A DNA stretch of 64,000 nucleotides from a virus (IMGVR_UViG_2879469214_000003:1-64000), one strand, 5' to 3'; counted from the first letter of the stretch, positions 1 to 10,188 are shown. Made by a program: numbers and translations. Notes: a model not told the origin generated them from the letters alone.

Positions 1-1299
1 TTACAATTCAATGAATTCTTCAAGCATATAACCAAATTTCTCATATTCACCTTTTTGCAATTCAACTTCATAAATTACATCATTCTCTTCAAAGCTGGTA
101 TCCACCACATCACCAATTTTGTAGAGTATGGACGTTAGATCACCACGTTCTGCCGGAATACGGAAGCGTTTCGTATCACCTGTCAGCTCTGTCTGAATTA
201 ATTCACGGATTTTAAGCAGATCCTCAGAGTCTAATGCGCTTACTTTAATATGGCCTTTATCCAATGGAAGCATTTCAAGTTGCTCTGGTGTACATGCATC
301 TTTTTTGTTATACAGTACTAACTGCGGCTTGTCCCCTGAACCAAGTTCTTGCAAAATCGTGTTAACCGTCCGCATTTGATCTTCACGCATAGCTGATGAG
401 GCGTCCACAACATGCAGGATGAGATCTGCTTCATTCACTTCCTCCAGCGTTGCTCGGAATGCTGCAATTAGATCATGCGGGAGATTTTGAATAAAACCAA
501 CCGTATCGGTAAGTACGATTTCTTTACCACTTGGAAGTTCCATCGTACGTGATGTTGGATCCAGAGTAGCGAATAGCTGATCTTGAATATACACATCTGC
601 AGCCGTCAACTGCTTGAGCAAGGTCGATTTGCCAGCATTGGTATAACCAACAAGGGCCACCTGTACAATACCTGTTTTTTTGCGGCGTTCACGATGTAAC
701 TTGCGATGACGAGTCAATTCTTCCAGATGACGCTTCAGATCATCGATGCGACCACGGATGTGACGACGGTCTGTCTCCAGCTTGCTTTCACCCGGGCCTC
801 TTGTTCCGATTCCGCCCCCGAGTCTGGACAGATTCTTGCCATGACCCGACAAACGTGGCAGCAAATAGCTATGTTGAGCCAATTCCACCTGAATAATACC
901 TTCTCTAGTGTTGGCACGTTGTGCAAAGATGTCCAAAATCAATTGGGTGCGGTCAATAATTTTGAGATCGAGGGTTTCTTCCAGATTACGAACCTGCGCA
1001 CCTGACAATTCCTGATCAAAAATAGCTGTGGTAGCTCCGAGTTCCTCCGCGATTGCACGAAGCTCTTCCACCTTACCTTTACCAATGAACCATTTGGTAT
1101 CCCGTTTTTCCCGGTTCTGAGAAAGTACACTTAGCACTTCCACTCCAGCTGTCTCGGCAAGTTTCACCAGTTCCTCTAAAGAGTACTCAGGATTGATACC
1201 TGTACGTTTTACATCATCCGTAACAAGACTCACCAAGACGGCGCGATCTTTTTTGACCATATCTGTATCATGTGTGCCATTTGTCATGTATATGTTCAC
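1..1299 (-). CDS. hflX: GTPase HflX (host gene)
   Basis: 432 aa. G-domain motifs (LVGYTNAGKSTLL, DTVGF, NKKD) and HflX N-terminal domain. Stop TAA at 1-3. Confidence 0.85.
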   Translation of the reverse strand: MNIYMTNGTHDTDMVKKDRAVLVSLVTDDVKRTGINPEYSLEELVKLAETAGVEVLSVLSQNREKRDTKWFIGKGKVEELRAIAEELGATTAIFDQELSGAQVRNLEETLDLKIIDRTQLILDIFAQRANTREGIIQVELAQHSYLLPRLSGHGKNLSRLGGGIGTRGPGESKLETDRRHIRGRIDDLKRHLEELTRHRKLHRERRKKTGIVQVALVGYTNAGKSTLLKQLTAADVYIQDQLFATLDPTSRTMELPSGKEIVLTDTVGFIQNLPHDLIAAFRATLEEVNEADLILHVVDASSAMREDQMRTVNTILQELGSGDKPQLVLYNKKDACTPEQLEMLPLDKGHIKVSALDSEDLLKIRELIQTELTGDTKRFRIPAERGDLTSILYKIGDVVDTSFEENDVIYEVELQKGEYEKFGYMLEEFIEL

Positions 1300-1406
1300 T
1301 CCCTCTAATTACTATTCCGTTGATATTCATTACCACGAATATGCCATGGCATGCCTTAAGCCGAACCGGTTGGCCCGGCCGGCTGGTGTAAAAACTATAT
1401 TATCGC

Positions 1407-1808
1407 TTACTTTCGCTCAAAGTTCAAATCCTCTGTACGGATTGTCATCAGCTCCAGTTTTCCTGGACTGCCTTCCGAGTATTGTTCCAACAAACGAACC
1501 GCCTGATGCCTGATCGAACGCTCAATGGCATTACGAACGTATCTGGCGTTACTGAACGCATGCAGCGAATCATTTTTTTCCTGAAGCAAATGTTGCTTTA
1601 GCTTGAGTATGGTCTGAGGCATTAGAATATAATCACGCTCTTTGGCCATAATCTCAGAGATTTGAATCAACTGATCAATACTATAGTCTGGAAACTCCAC
1701 TTGAATGGGGAAGCGGGAAGGTAATCCAGGGTTCGTCTGGAGAAAAAAATCAATTTCTTCCGAATACCCGGCAAGAATCAGTATAAACTGATTTTTGTTA
1801 TCTTCCAT
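1407..1808 (-). pseudogene. 3' portion of a spoVK-like AAA+ ATPase gene split by prophage insertion (attR side)
   Basis: 133 aa aligns with the C-terminal half of the SpoVK-like protein at 7903..8925 (ILAGY...GLPSRFPIQ...FSNARYVRN...IRHQAVRL). The frame is open upstream only to a TAG at 1824-1826. The hflX-spoVK neighbourhood resembles the B. subtilis arrangement. Confidence 0.6.
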
Positions 1809-3483
1809 GGACTTGGCGTGAGTCTAGTGAACCCTGTAATTTTACTAGACTCTCATTGTCTGGCAACTCCTTATGGGGGCTGATTTTATAGACTATTTCG
1901 ATTCTCTTATCATCATGCAATACGACACTATCAATGAAATTATAAATCAATCTTCGTTTATCTTCGATAGTTAAATTTGTTTGTATGATCTTTTTGAATT
2001 TTTCAAGTATATTCGCAGCTAACAAAGCGCTATCATCTTGATGTTGACTCATTTTTAAATTTTCACTAATGGCTGATAGCTCTTTATTTAAATCTGAAAT
2101 TTCGATTTCAATTGGCGCTATCTTTAAAGAAAGTTCCTCTTTAGATTTAATTATGCCTTCCGCATACAGATCAATATACCTCTCTTTTAATCTTTCTTTT
2201 TCTTTTAACGACTTGACTAGTATGTCTTTGGATTTATGTAGCTCATCAACTTTTGCTGTATCTGAAACCCTCTCTAGTAACTTATCGACCAGATGTTGAG
2301 GATTATTAACTATTGTTGTGAATTCTCCCCAAACTAAATTATCAATCATATCTACCCGCCAGTTAGCCCCTCTACAGCTCACATTTGGTTTACCCGACTC
2401 AACATTGTACGATTTTGTTGTTTTTCTGGTGCATGTGTAGTACTTTAATAAACCATATTTAGTTTTAGTAGTTGTACCAGAAGAAACCGAAGCTCCACAT
2501 CTTCCACATCTAACTAAGTTCCTCAACAAGTAATCTTGAGTTGGCTTACCCTTATTCTTATGAAACTTCACATTATCATCAAGTACTTTTTGTACTTTTT
2601 CAAAAGTTACTTCATCTATATATTCTGGAACCGAAATCATGGTCCACTCTTCTTTAGGTTTTGATACTTTCTTCTTCTTACCCAATACCTGAATTGTTTC
2701 GGTTTTGCCATAGTAAAATGTTCCTTTATATGCTGGATTTCTTAAAATCCTACTTATTGTAACCTGATACCAGTCCCCACCTTTAGGTGCCGCAAATCTC
2801 TTTGAAGATAATACTCTAGCAATTTCTGAACAAGAGGAGCCCTCTAAAATCATCTTGACCATTAGAAGATATCTTTCTTTCTCTATCGGATTTTCAACTA
2901 AAGTATCCAACTCTTTATCATAAGTATATCCATATATCCGATTCATTCCGGGGATCTTATTGTTAGCTACCATAGCATTGCGTCCACGTTTAGTGTCGGC
3001 CAATATTTTAGCTTTATTGTATTGAGAGATTGAGCCTTGAATGTTGTAATTGAGCATTGACTCTGCATTTCCTTTTTGAAGATCAAACTCAACAAAGTGT
3101 AAATCACACCCTAACTCCCATATTTTATGAGTTACATCTTGCTGAAGATGAAGATGCCTACTAAGTCTGTTGGGGTGTAGGAAGATTACTTTACTACCCA
3201 ATCCTTTACCAAGAAGAAAGAATATGTAGTTCAGCATTGGACGATTAGGATTGTCTCCTGATTCGGCCTCTTCTCGCAACACTATTATCTCGTCTCTATT
3301 GATATCGAATTTCTCTTTGGCCTCATTAACACAAATGTCGATTTGGGTATCTAAAGAATAATTGTCTACTTGGATGTCAGATGACACACGAGTATAAACA
3401 ATAGCCCTGATCTTTCCGATCAAGGCTGAGATTTGAGTTACATTTAGCTTTTGATGATCTCTTAAAACAATCATATACATCAC
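1798..3483 (-). CDS. large serine recombinase (SprA-like prophage integrase)
   Basis: 561 aa. N-terminal resolvase catalytic domain (AIVYTRVSSDIQ), recombinase and zinc-ribbon region (CGRCG...C), C-terminal coiled coil. It sits at the prophage end and its 3' end overlaps the interrupted gene. Confidence 0.85.
   Translation of the reverse strand: MMYMIVLRDHQKLNVTQISALIGKIRAIVYTRVSSDIQVDNYSLDTQIDICVNEAKEKFDINRDEIIVLREEAESGDNPNRPMLNYIFFLLGKGLGSKVIFLHPNRLSRHLHLQQDVTHKIWELGCDLHFVEFDLQKGNAESMLNYNIQGSISQYNKAKILADTKRGRNAMVANNKIPGMNRIYGYTYDKELDTLVENPIEKERYLLMVKMILEGSSCSEIARVLSSKRFAAPKGGDWYQVTISRILRNPAYKGTFYYGKTETIQVLGKKKKVSKPKEEWTMISVPEYIDEVTFEKVQKVLDDNVKFHKNKGKPTQDYLLRNLVRCGRCGASVSSGTTTKTKYGLLKYYTCTRKTTKSYNVESGKPNVSCRGANWRVDMIDNLVWGEFTTIVNNPQHLVDKLLERVSDTAKVDELHKSKDILVKSLKEKERLKERYIDLYAEGIIKSKEELSLKIAPIEIEISDLNKELSAISENLKMSQHQDDSALLAANILEKFKKIIQTNLTIEDKRRLIYNFIDSVVLHDDKRIEIVYKISPHKELPDNESLVKLQGSLDSRQVHGR
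1820..1852. other. perfect 9-bp inverted repeat (GAGTCTAGT-N15-ACTAGACTC) at the prophage/host junction; candidate attR core or recombinase binding site
   Basis: Lies where homology to the spoVK-like paralog ends. The TAG that truncates the host frame sits inside the left arm. Confidence 0.4.
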
Positions 3484-3510
3484 CTTTATATATTATTTTT
3501 GTCTATTTGA

Positions 3511-3690
3511 TTATAACATTTCTGACTTGAGATAACTATTATCATTTGAATACTTATTCAGCATTTCTTCCATCCAGTCCAAAATCACCCCCTCAACATC
3601 TACTACGTTTGTATTCTGTTGCTCATCATTTATAATTTTATTGACTATGGTGTACTCAGCCATTCTTCTTGCGGTTAAACTTTTATTCAT
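3511..3690 (-). CDS. small hypothetical protein (59 aa), translationally coupled to the upstream gene
   Basis: ATG overlaps the TAA of 3683..4255 (ATGAATAA). RBS AGGAGG 7 nt upstream. Below the 60-aa cut-off of the ORF track. Confidence 0.3.
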   Translation of the reverse strand: MNKSLTARRMAEYTIVNKIINDEQQNTNVVDVEGVILDWMEEMLNKYSNDNSYLKSEML

Positions 3691-4255
3691 TTAAAGCCTC
3701 CTGTATCTTCGTATCGTATGTATTAATTGCCTCCATAATAAATTCTTTCAAATGATAGTGCCATCTCGTTCTAGGTTTAAAACCTTTAATCTCAATTCCA
3801 ATCTCCTCACAAATAGCTAGTGAAATACTACTTTTATTTACTTTGCTTCTATATGTATGTTCCTTGATTTGGTTCTGAGCTATGTTTTGATACTTTAGAA
3901 ACGCTTCAATATGTATAAAGAAAACTCTATTTTCTGGTTCTCGGAAGTTCATTATAAATCCCGATATGACACCTTGATATGTATTTGCTTCAGATAGTTT
4001 ATCAATTTGATGTTGCTTGATCACACTTTCCTGAAAACTAATTGACTTATCCTTAGTGGATTTAAGCTCTAGTGTGAACAAATGACTCTCTGCAAACATC
4101 ATACAATCATAATCATTCTTAGTTACCCTCACTCTGTTACGAAGATCTGGTGGAATAAAAGTGTCTTTCAAACGTGTAAAGAAGATCTTTTCTGCTCCTT
4201 GTGTTGCCGACTTCTGAAAATCTTCCTCAAAAACTTTACCAAGATTTGTAGCCAA
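3683..4255 (-). CDS. RecU-like Holliday-junction resolvase / PD-(D/E)xK nuclease
   Basis: 190 aa. LFTLELKSTK and VFFIHIEAF resemble the RecU catalytic D..E.K core. Confidence 0.45.
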   Translation of the reverse strand: MATNLGKVFEEDFQKSATQGAEKIFFTRLKDTFIPPDLRNRVRVTKNDYDCMMFAESHLFTLELKSTKDKSISFQESVIKQHQIDKLSEANTYQGVISGFIMNFREPENRVFFIHIEAFLKYQNIAQNQIKEHTYRSKVNKSSISLAICEEIGIEIKGFKPRTRWHYHLKEFIMEAINTYDTKIQEALNE

Positions 4256-4259
4256 TCAA

Positions 4260-4466
4260 TCATTCCTCTCCTGCAATTAATCGTTTAGCTTCTACTGCTT
4301 TAAACAAACAATCATATGTATCATGCACACAGACTCCATAAACATCTAAAATTTCTTCGCCTACATTTATAGTTTCCTTGCATCCATAACAATTTGAGTA
4401 CTGAATGATGCTCTCTTGTGGATCTGGAAAGTGGATATAGTGATAGTTATTTTCGAATCTATCCAT
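4260..4466 (-). CDS. small zinc-ribbon protein
   Basis: 68 aa with CYGC and a second Cys cluster. Confidence 0.3.
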   Translation of the reverse strand: MDRFENNYHYIHFPDPQESIIQYSNCYGCKETINVGEEILDVYGVCVHDTYDCLFKAVEAKRLIAGEE

Positions 4467-4593
4467 TTAACTTCTCAACTTTTTCATTCAGCAATTGGCT
4501 AAGTACTGTACCAACAACTTCTTTGTATTCGTCTTCAGTCAACTTGCGTTCAATGATTTGTTCAATCTTTGACTTACTAAGCTTGTTTTCCAT

Positions 4594-7500
4594 TTATTCA
4601 TTCTCCTTATCCTTATACTTGTTGTAACCAGTGATCCAAACGTCCGTCTGATCTGTAGATCTGAAGCCACCATTACCATCTGGGACTTGTCTTGGCTTTT
4701 TCTTATGACTTGTTATTTCAATTAAATCTCCTTTTCCAATTTTCAAGGCTTTATCTTTAACGTTAAATGTCTTCTTGTCCATTTTAAACACACGTTCATC
4801 ACCACTGCGAAGATTGTATAGGGTGAGTTTGGGACTATATTTAATATCTAAATCAGTAACTACGCACCAACCCGATTCTATATCAGGAAATATAGCCTCA
4901 GAGTAACCCAGCATTTCCTTCTGGAACATCACTTCTTCATTTGGCATTACTATGGAGTAGTCATTTTCAGTACGAATCCTATTTTCTTCATCAACTAGAT
5001 CCGCAATCCTCTTAAGTTTAGTCTTCTCAACGTATGTTTTTTTATATTGAGACTTCCCACTTGAGAATCCTTTGTACAGCGTCACTAACAAACTATTGTT
5101 ACCAAATTCTCTAAAAAACCCAAGACGAATTAATATATCAGTTTGACGACTGTTGACCGAAGTTTTTTCGTTTAAATCAACCAACAATTCAACGAATGAA
5201 TTATATGTGTTTTTACTTAAAATCAACAACTCTTCTGCAATCTTTTCGTTTAGGTATTTAATAGATTTTAAACCTTTGTAAATTGTTTTATCGCCCTCAT
5301 TAAAGGAGTAATCAGCATTAGACTTACCAAATTTTATTGGTGATACCTCAATGCCTCTTGTTTTAGCATAGTTAATTATTTGACCTGTTTTTTCTATGTT
5401 GTCATTATTTATATTTAACATCACAGTAAGAAAGGCTAGAGGGTAGTAGTGTCTTAGATATCCATTTCCATAGCCGATGTGAGAGTAAGGATTTGAGTGG
5501 TTATCGGAGAATCCATAACGCTGTGCATCATCTATGACCTGTAAGAAAGGCTCTAAGACAGCAAGCGCATCCTCTTCCGTCTCTCCGTAATCCAAATACA
5601 TTTTTTGCACAAAACGCTTTCTTATCTCTGGTAGAAACTTCTCTGTTCCTTCTTTTTTACTCAATCCTCTTCGAACACTATCGCTTTCTGCCATTGAGAA
5701 CTCACAGAACTCAACGAGAAAATTCATGATTTGTTCCTGATAAACTAGGTATCCAATAGTGCTCTTCAGAAAATTATTCAATGCTTCATGACCATGATCT
5801 TTGAATATGCCATTTGCCAAAGCTTGTCTGTATGAGTCTCCTGATGGTCTGATTGCTCCATTTCCAATTGAAAATAACTCAATATAACTAAACATATCGT
5901 TTTGTTCTTCTATCTTATGTATTGTTTCTTCACTTAGTAGATCTTTTAGATATGCTTGGGCTGAATTACTTTCCCATTGGAATATACCTAAACCTGACTC
6001 TCGTATCGAACTCCAGACATCTTTATCGTCAACGTCCATATTGTCTGGTGTAAGCCGTTCAATTCCAGCTAACTTACACGTCTCATTGATAATTTCATTG
6101 TTGTCCAAACCCAAAATATCCAACTTTACATAATTGAGTCCATCGAGTTCCTTCATATTGATCTGACTTACTGGATACTTGCTCTCTTTTGTATAACAAA
6201 GACCAATGTTATCTTCGAGACTTATCGGAGAAACAATGTAGCCAGAAGGATGAGAGCCTATACTTACTATAACTCCTTGCACCAACTCAACATATTTGAA
6301 TAGTTCGGGATACATTTCGAGATACTTTGGTTCTACTCTATCGACCTTCTTATCGTCTTTGTATACTGACTTAGCAATAGCATCTACTATCGCAAGATCC
6401 ATCCCCAAAGCCCTTCCAACTTCTCTAATTGCCCCTTTTAGTGCAACAGTGTTGAAGGTGATAATCTCTGAGAAGTGAATGCCGGGAATTGTTGCTACGT
6501 AATCAATAACATCTTGCCTTTTAGATGGAGGCCAATCCAAGTCAATATCAGCAAGCGAGATACGTTCTGGATTCAAGAATCGGAAAAAATTTAGCTTATG
6601 CTTGATACTATCCATCTCAGTAATTTTCAATAAATACGCAATTAAGCTTCCGTTAACTGATCCACGACCATATCCTTGATAAATATCATTGCTATGCGCC
6701 CAATCGACTACGTCTTTTTGGAGGAGCATATAATCAATAGCTCCAACCTTTTTATATGTATCAAACTCTTCTCTAATTCGTTTAAAGTATGTATCTTTTT
6801 TTACTTTGTCAAACTTATTAATTCCTCTTTCAACTACGCCGACATTTATCCTTTCTTTAAACACTTTTTCTGAGTCGTCGTGCAGCTTAGGATACTTGGG
6901 TGACGAATCAATTGTAAATTCTTCGATACTATCCGCCATAACGTTGGTATTGTGTATAGCTTCAAGGTAGACATTTCTAGGTAAGGCCGATTGCTCCTCA
7001 AACATTTTTACAACTTCGGGATATGTTTTAAATGTAAGATCAAATGCATCTTCGTCTCCATATGTCGCTCCCTTGGCCTTCATTAGAATCTTCCGTGCAT
7101 CAGCATGAGACCTGTTTAAGGCGTGAGTGTCTGTCCCTGCAATAAGCGGTATACCTGTTTCGATTGATAAATTATGTAGGTGTTGGTTGAATAACTTTTG
7201 CTCTGGGTGAGTGTGATATTGAATCTCAAAAAACATTCTATGCTTATTTTTCACAAAGAAGTCCATAAATCTGTTCATCATTTGCTTGTTGTCATTTTTA
7301 ATTGCTCTCCATAACGGAGATGCAAGACAGGCAGATGTCATGATAATATTATCCGAAGTATTGAACAGCTCTTCGAAAGTAATCCTTGGATTATAATAAT
7401 AATGTCCGTCATCTTTATTGTTCGAGAGTGAAGTTAGTTTGTTTAATTCTTGTGCACCTTCAAGATTCTTTGCAATAAGCATGTAATGATAATTGTCACG

Positions 7501-7737
7501 AATCAAACCACTTTCTTTGTCGTTGTGCTCCGTGAGATATATCTCGTTCGCATGAATATACTTCATACCCTTCTCTTCAATTGATTGTTTCTTCTTAACC
7601 CAATTAAATACATTTCCATGCTCAGAGAAACATATTGTCTGCATCTCTGCCTTCTCTGCTTTATCGATGTACTGCTGGTATTTAGTCACAGAGTCTATAG
7701 CCATTGATGTTGATGGATTGCTAGTGTCTGAATGCAA
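4594..7737 (-). CDS. DNA polymerase III alpha-type replicative polymerase (PHP plus polymerase core), YorL-like
   Basis: 1047 aa. N-terminal PHP motif (YHLHSDTSN when the frame is read a few codons upstream of the TTG at 7737). Large polymerase core. Exact start uncertain because there is no ATG. Confidence 0.8.
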   Translation of the reverse strand: MHSDTSNPSTSMAIDSVTKYQQYIDKAEKAEMQTICFSEHGNVFNWVKKKQSIEEKGMKYIHANEIYLTEHNDKESGLIRDNYHYMLIAKNLEGAQELNKLTSLSNNKDDGHYYYNPRITFEELFNTSDNIIMTSACLASPLWRAIKNDNKQMMNRFMDFFVKNKHRMFFEIQYHTHPEQKLFNQHLHNLSIETGIPLIAGTDTHALNRSHADARKILMKAKGATYGDEDAFDLTFKTYPEVVKMFEEQSALPRNVYLEAIHNTNVMADSIEEFTIDSSPKYPKLHDDSEKVFKERINVGVVERGINKFDKVKKDTYFKRIREEFDTYKKVGAIDYMLLQKDVVDWAHSNDIYQGYGRGSVNGSLIAYLLKITEMDSIKHKLNFFRFLNPERISLADIDLDWPPSKRQDVIDYVATIPGIHFSEIITFNTVALKGAIREVGRALGMDLAIVDAIAKSVYKDDKKVDRVEPKYLEMYPELFKYVELVQGVIVSIGSHPSGYIVSPISLEDNIGLCYTKESKYPVSQINMKELDGLNYVKLDILGLDNNEIINETCKLAGIERLTPDNMDVDDKDVWSSIRESGLGIFQWESNSAQAYLKDLLSEETIHKIEEQNDMFSYIELFSIGNGAIRPSGDSYRQALANGIFKDHGHEALNNFLKSTIGYLVYQEQIMNFLVEFCEFSMAESDSVRRGLSKKEGTEKFLPEIRKRFVQKMYLDYGETEEDALAVLEPFLQVIDDAQRYGFSDNHSNPYSHIGYGNGYLRHYYPLAFLTVMLNINNDNIEKTGQIINYAKTRGIEVSPIKFGKSNADYSFNEGDKTIYKGLKSIKYLNEKIAEELLILSKNTYNSFVELLVDLNEKTSVNSRQTDILIRLGFFREFGNNSLLVTLYKGFSSGKSQYKKTYVEKTKLKRIADLVDEENRIRTENDYSIVMPNEEVMFQKEMLGYSEAIFPDIESGWCVVTDLDIKYSPKLTLYNLRSGDERVFKMDKKTFNVKDKALKIGKGDLIEITSHKKKPRQVPDGNGGFRSTDQTDVWITGYNKYKDKENE

Positions 7738-7902
7738 ATGATAAATTACATAGTTATCCGTATGCTCATCTCCTTACTTAAATACTCGATCAAATATTGA
7801 TTTTATATATTATATTAGTCTAATTAGTTCACATTTTAATCACCTCCTTTGCTTTCTCCTATGGGACATTTAACACCATTGCATCCCATAGGAGATTACT
7901 CT

Positions 7903-8925
7903 CTATACCGTATAGATGCCTTCAACTTTCTTTGGCTCATTCAACTGGGAATCTATGTCCCGTGCGGTAATTTCCATCAGACTTTGGCGCGATATATTCT
8001 CACGTCTTTTCATTAGTCGTACAGCTTGATGCCTAATTGCTTTCTCGATCACATTGCGCACATATCTTGCATTGCTAAAGTGAATCCTTAAATTCTTTTC
8101 TTCTTGAATGATCTGTTTAAGTTTTACTCCAGCTTCACTTGTAAAGTTATAATCCTTCTCTGACGACATCTTTAGTGCAATTAGCATTAATTCCTCTGTA
8201 GAATAGTCATCAAAGTTGATCTGAATAGGAAATCTTGAAGGTAACCCTGTGTTAATCTGAAGGAAATCGTCCATCTCTATAGGATAGCCAGCCAGTATGA
8301 TGATTAGATCGTCGCTCTTGTCTTCCATTACTTTTACAAGTGTGTCGATAGCCTCTTTACCAAAGTCTTTTTCTCCTCCACGAGCAAGACTGTAAGCCTC
8401 ATCTATAAACAGTATCCCGCCCATGGCTTTTTTCACAAGCTCACGAGTCTTCAAAGCTGTATGACCAATGTACTCTCCAACTAAGTCAGCACGTTCGACC
8501 TCAATTAAGTGCCCTTTGCTTAATACACCCATCTTGTTGAGCATTTTGGATATTATCCTTGCTACAGTTGTTTTACCAGTGCCGGGGTTACCTTTAAAAA
8601 TCATGTGGTACACTTGCTTGCTGTTCTTCAATCCCACTTCGCTTCGATACTTATTGACCTGAATTAATGAGTAAATTTCATAAATAAGATCCTTAACTTT
8701 ATCAAGCCCGATCATTTCGCCCATCTCATTAAATATGTCTGCTGCGGATTCATTATTGTGATTACTTGTTAATGACTTTTCTTCACTTATCTCTAGAGGT
8801 GCTTTAAGTCCATCATCGGCGTTAAATACAATATTAATCCTTGCATCATTAACAGTAATTCGTCTGACGCTCTCGTCCACAGTCATCACCTCGTTAAGAC
8901 AGTATATGCATCTGTGTTGGGGCAA
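7903..8925 (-). CDS. SpoVK-like AAA+ ATPase (phage-borne intact paralog)
   Basis: 340 aa. Walker A GNPGTGKTTVARI, Walker B ILFIDEAYSL, GLPSRFPIQ, C-terminal FSNARYVRN. Confidence 0.75.
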   Translation of the reverse strand: MPQHRCIYCLNEVMTVDESVRRITVNDARINIVFNADDGLKAPLEISEEKSLTSNHNNESAADIFNEMGEMIGLDKVKDLIYEIYSLIQVNKYRSEVGLKNSKQVYHMIFKGNPGTGKTTVARIISKMLNKMGVLSKGHLIEVERADLVGEYIGHTALKTRELVKKAMGGILFIDEAYSLARGGEKDFGKEAIDTLVKVMEDKSDDLIIILAGYPIEMDDFLQINTGLPSRFPIQINFDDYSTEELMLIALKMSSEKDYNFTSEAGVKLKQIIQEEKNLRIHFSNARYVRNVIEKAIRHQAVRLMKRRENISRQSLMEITARDIDSQLNEPKKVEGIYTV

Positions 8926-8980
8926 AATGCTTATCTGATTTTATTGATTGTAATCTATGTATAGTAGGCCGAAGCCTACA

Positions 8981-9253
8981 TTAGAATGACCCAAATAATT
9001 CTTCCAATTTGTCATCGTATATCTCTGATCTTTCCAAATCTTCTTCTTCGCTCTGTACGGGAAGCTCTATATCTTCATCCAAAAGGAGAGGTGATTCATT
9101 TATGTTAAAACTTGATCCAGTACCAAAAAACAATAGTCTCAGTGCCTTCCTAACTACATCGCTTTTATCTTCGTGAGGAGGCAATCTTTTCCACGCTTCA
9201 ATAAGATCCTCATCTTTGTTTGGTCTAAGTCTTGCTCTAGCCGCTATTTCCAT
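8981..9253 (-). CDS. small acidic protein, possible ParR-like adaptor of the actin-like ATPase
   Basis: 90 aa. Immediately downstream of and overlapping the actin-like gene. Basic N-terminus then an acidic tail. Confidence 0.3.
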   Translation of the reverse strand: MEIAARARLRPNKDEDLIEAWKRLPPHEDKSDVVRKALRLLFFGTGSSFNINESPLLLDEDIELPVQSEEEDLERSEIYDDKLEELFGSF

Positions 9254-10188
9254 GATTTTTTTCCAATCTTGCCATATCCTCTAACTTGGGCAAGTTGATC
9301 CATCAAAACCTTATTTGGAAGATCTAAGTATTCGAAAATAAATCGAGCAGCTCCACCAGCGATTAAATAGATTTCAAAATTGGTATTCAAACTTTCAATT
9401 TCATTTTTGATTTGTCTAGCTAATGATTTAAATGCTTTTTGAATTAGGGGAACTATATTGTGTCCAAAGTAATTACCTGATATAACATAGGGGTCTAACT
9501 CATATATTGCTGGAGTGTGTCCGGTTAGTTTTTGTATGTAAGTTTGTAATAGTGTGTACGCCTTCTCTACCCCCACTAAAACACTTTTGGATTCTTTCAA
9601 AATACTGGATTTGCTGAAACCTAGTAAATTAAGAGTGTAAAATCCCAGATCAACAGTTAGTATCTTTTGTTTGGCTGCTTTTACTTTAGCAATTTTGCCA
9701 TCTTCACCTAATAAATAGTCCATTGTAACACCTAATCCTTGAGGAACTATCTTGCATTCTTCGATAACAGGCTGGACAATGATGTTGCTTCCCCTACCTT
9801 TACGAATCTTATATTCACCCTGATCAGCCAAACCCAAAAGTTTTTGCTCAAATGGAATTTTCTGTTCAAAGTAAAAGTTGATAGGAAGTCCACTTACTAA
9901 TTTCACTTTTTCTTTTTTTGCTAAATACCCCAAAGTTGTCTTCATCACTACTTCACTTGTCTCAGCTTCGGCTTTGTTATTGTTGAGAGAAAAATATTTA
10001 ACATCACTGTATTCTACCGCAGCATTTCCTACAAACAATTCATCGTTGTAAATGAAGTGATCTGATTTTATATTTTGTTCAAATAGGTCTTTTGCTTCCC
10101 CAGCTATTGTTGGTTGACGAAAGAATTTCCCCCCCCTCTCGCCTTTAGTCCATTTAAATCCTAGGTCTAAATTTAATGTGTTATGCAA
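9244..10188 (-). CDS. actin-like ATPase (ParM/Alp family segregation protein)
   Basis: Actin-fold motifs: phosphate-1 LNLDLGFKWTKG, connect LVSGLP, phosphate-2 ILTVDLGFYTLN, adenosine IAGGAARF. The ORF-track ATG at 10290 lies upstream of the predicted -10. The likely start is TTG at 10188 with AAAGGAGG 8 nt upstream. Confidence 0.55.
   Translation of the reverse strand: MHNTLNLDLGFKWTKGERGGKFFRQPTIAGEAKDLFEQNIKSDHFIYNDELFVGNAAVEYSDVKYFSLNNNKAEAETSEVVMKTTLGYLAKKEKVKLVSGLPINFYFEQKIPFEQKLLGLADQGEYKIRKGRGSNIIVQPVIEECKIVPQGLGVTMDYLLGEDGKIAKVKAAKQKILTVDLGFYTLNLLGFSKSSILKESKSVLVGVEKAYTLLQTYIQKLTGHTPAIYELDPYVISGNYFGHNIVPLIQKAFKSLARQIKNEIESLNTNFEIYLIAGGAARFIFEYLDLPNKVLMDQLAQVRGYGKIGKKSWK

Noticed and set aside
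1300-1406. GC-rich dyads (GCCGAACCGGTTGGC, ATGCCATGGCAT) between the spoVK fragment and hflX
   Set aside because: Probably an ordinary host intergenic hairpin or attenuator. No T-run and no link to the prophage.
706-1513. Plus- and minus-strand ORFs overlapping hflX (706..1005, 735..926, 939..1130, 1193..1513)
   Set aside because: They are embedded in or antisense to a well-supported gene. They have no RBS or motifs. They are typical spurious frames.
6296-6873. Plus-strand ORFs inside the DNA polymerase gene
   Set aside because: Low-complexity antisense translations of an AT-rich coding region.
8961-8982. Hairpin GTAGGC-cgaa-GCCTAC upstream of the AAA ATPase gene as a terminator
   Set aside because: No U-tract on either strand. 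More likely an mRNA-stability or regulatory stem.
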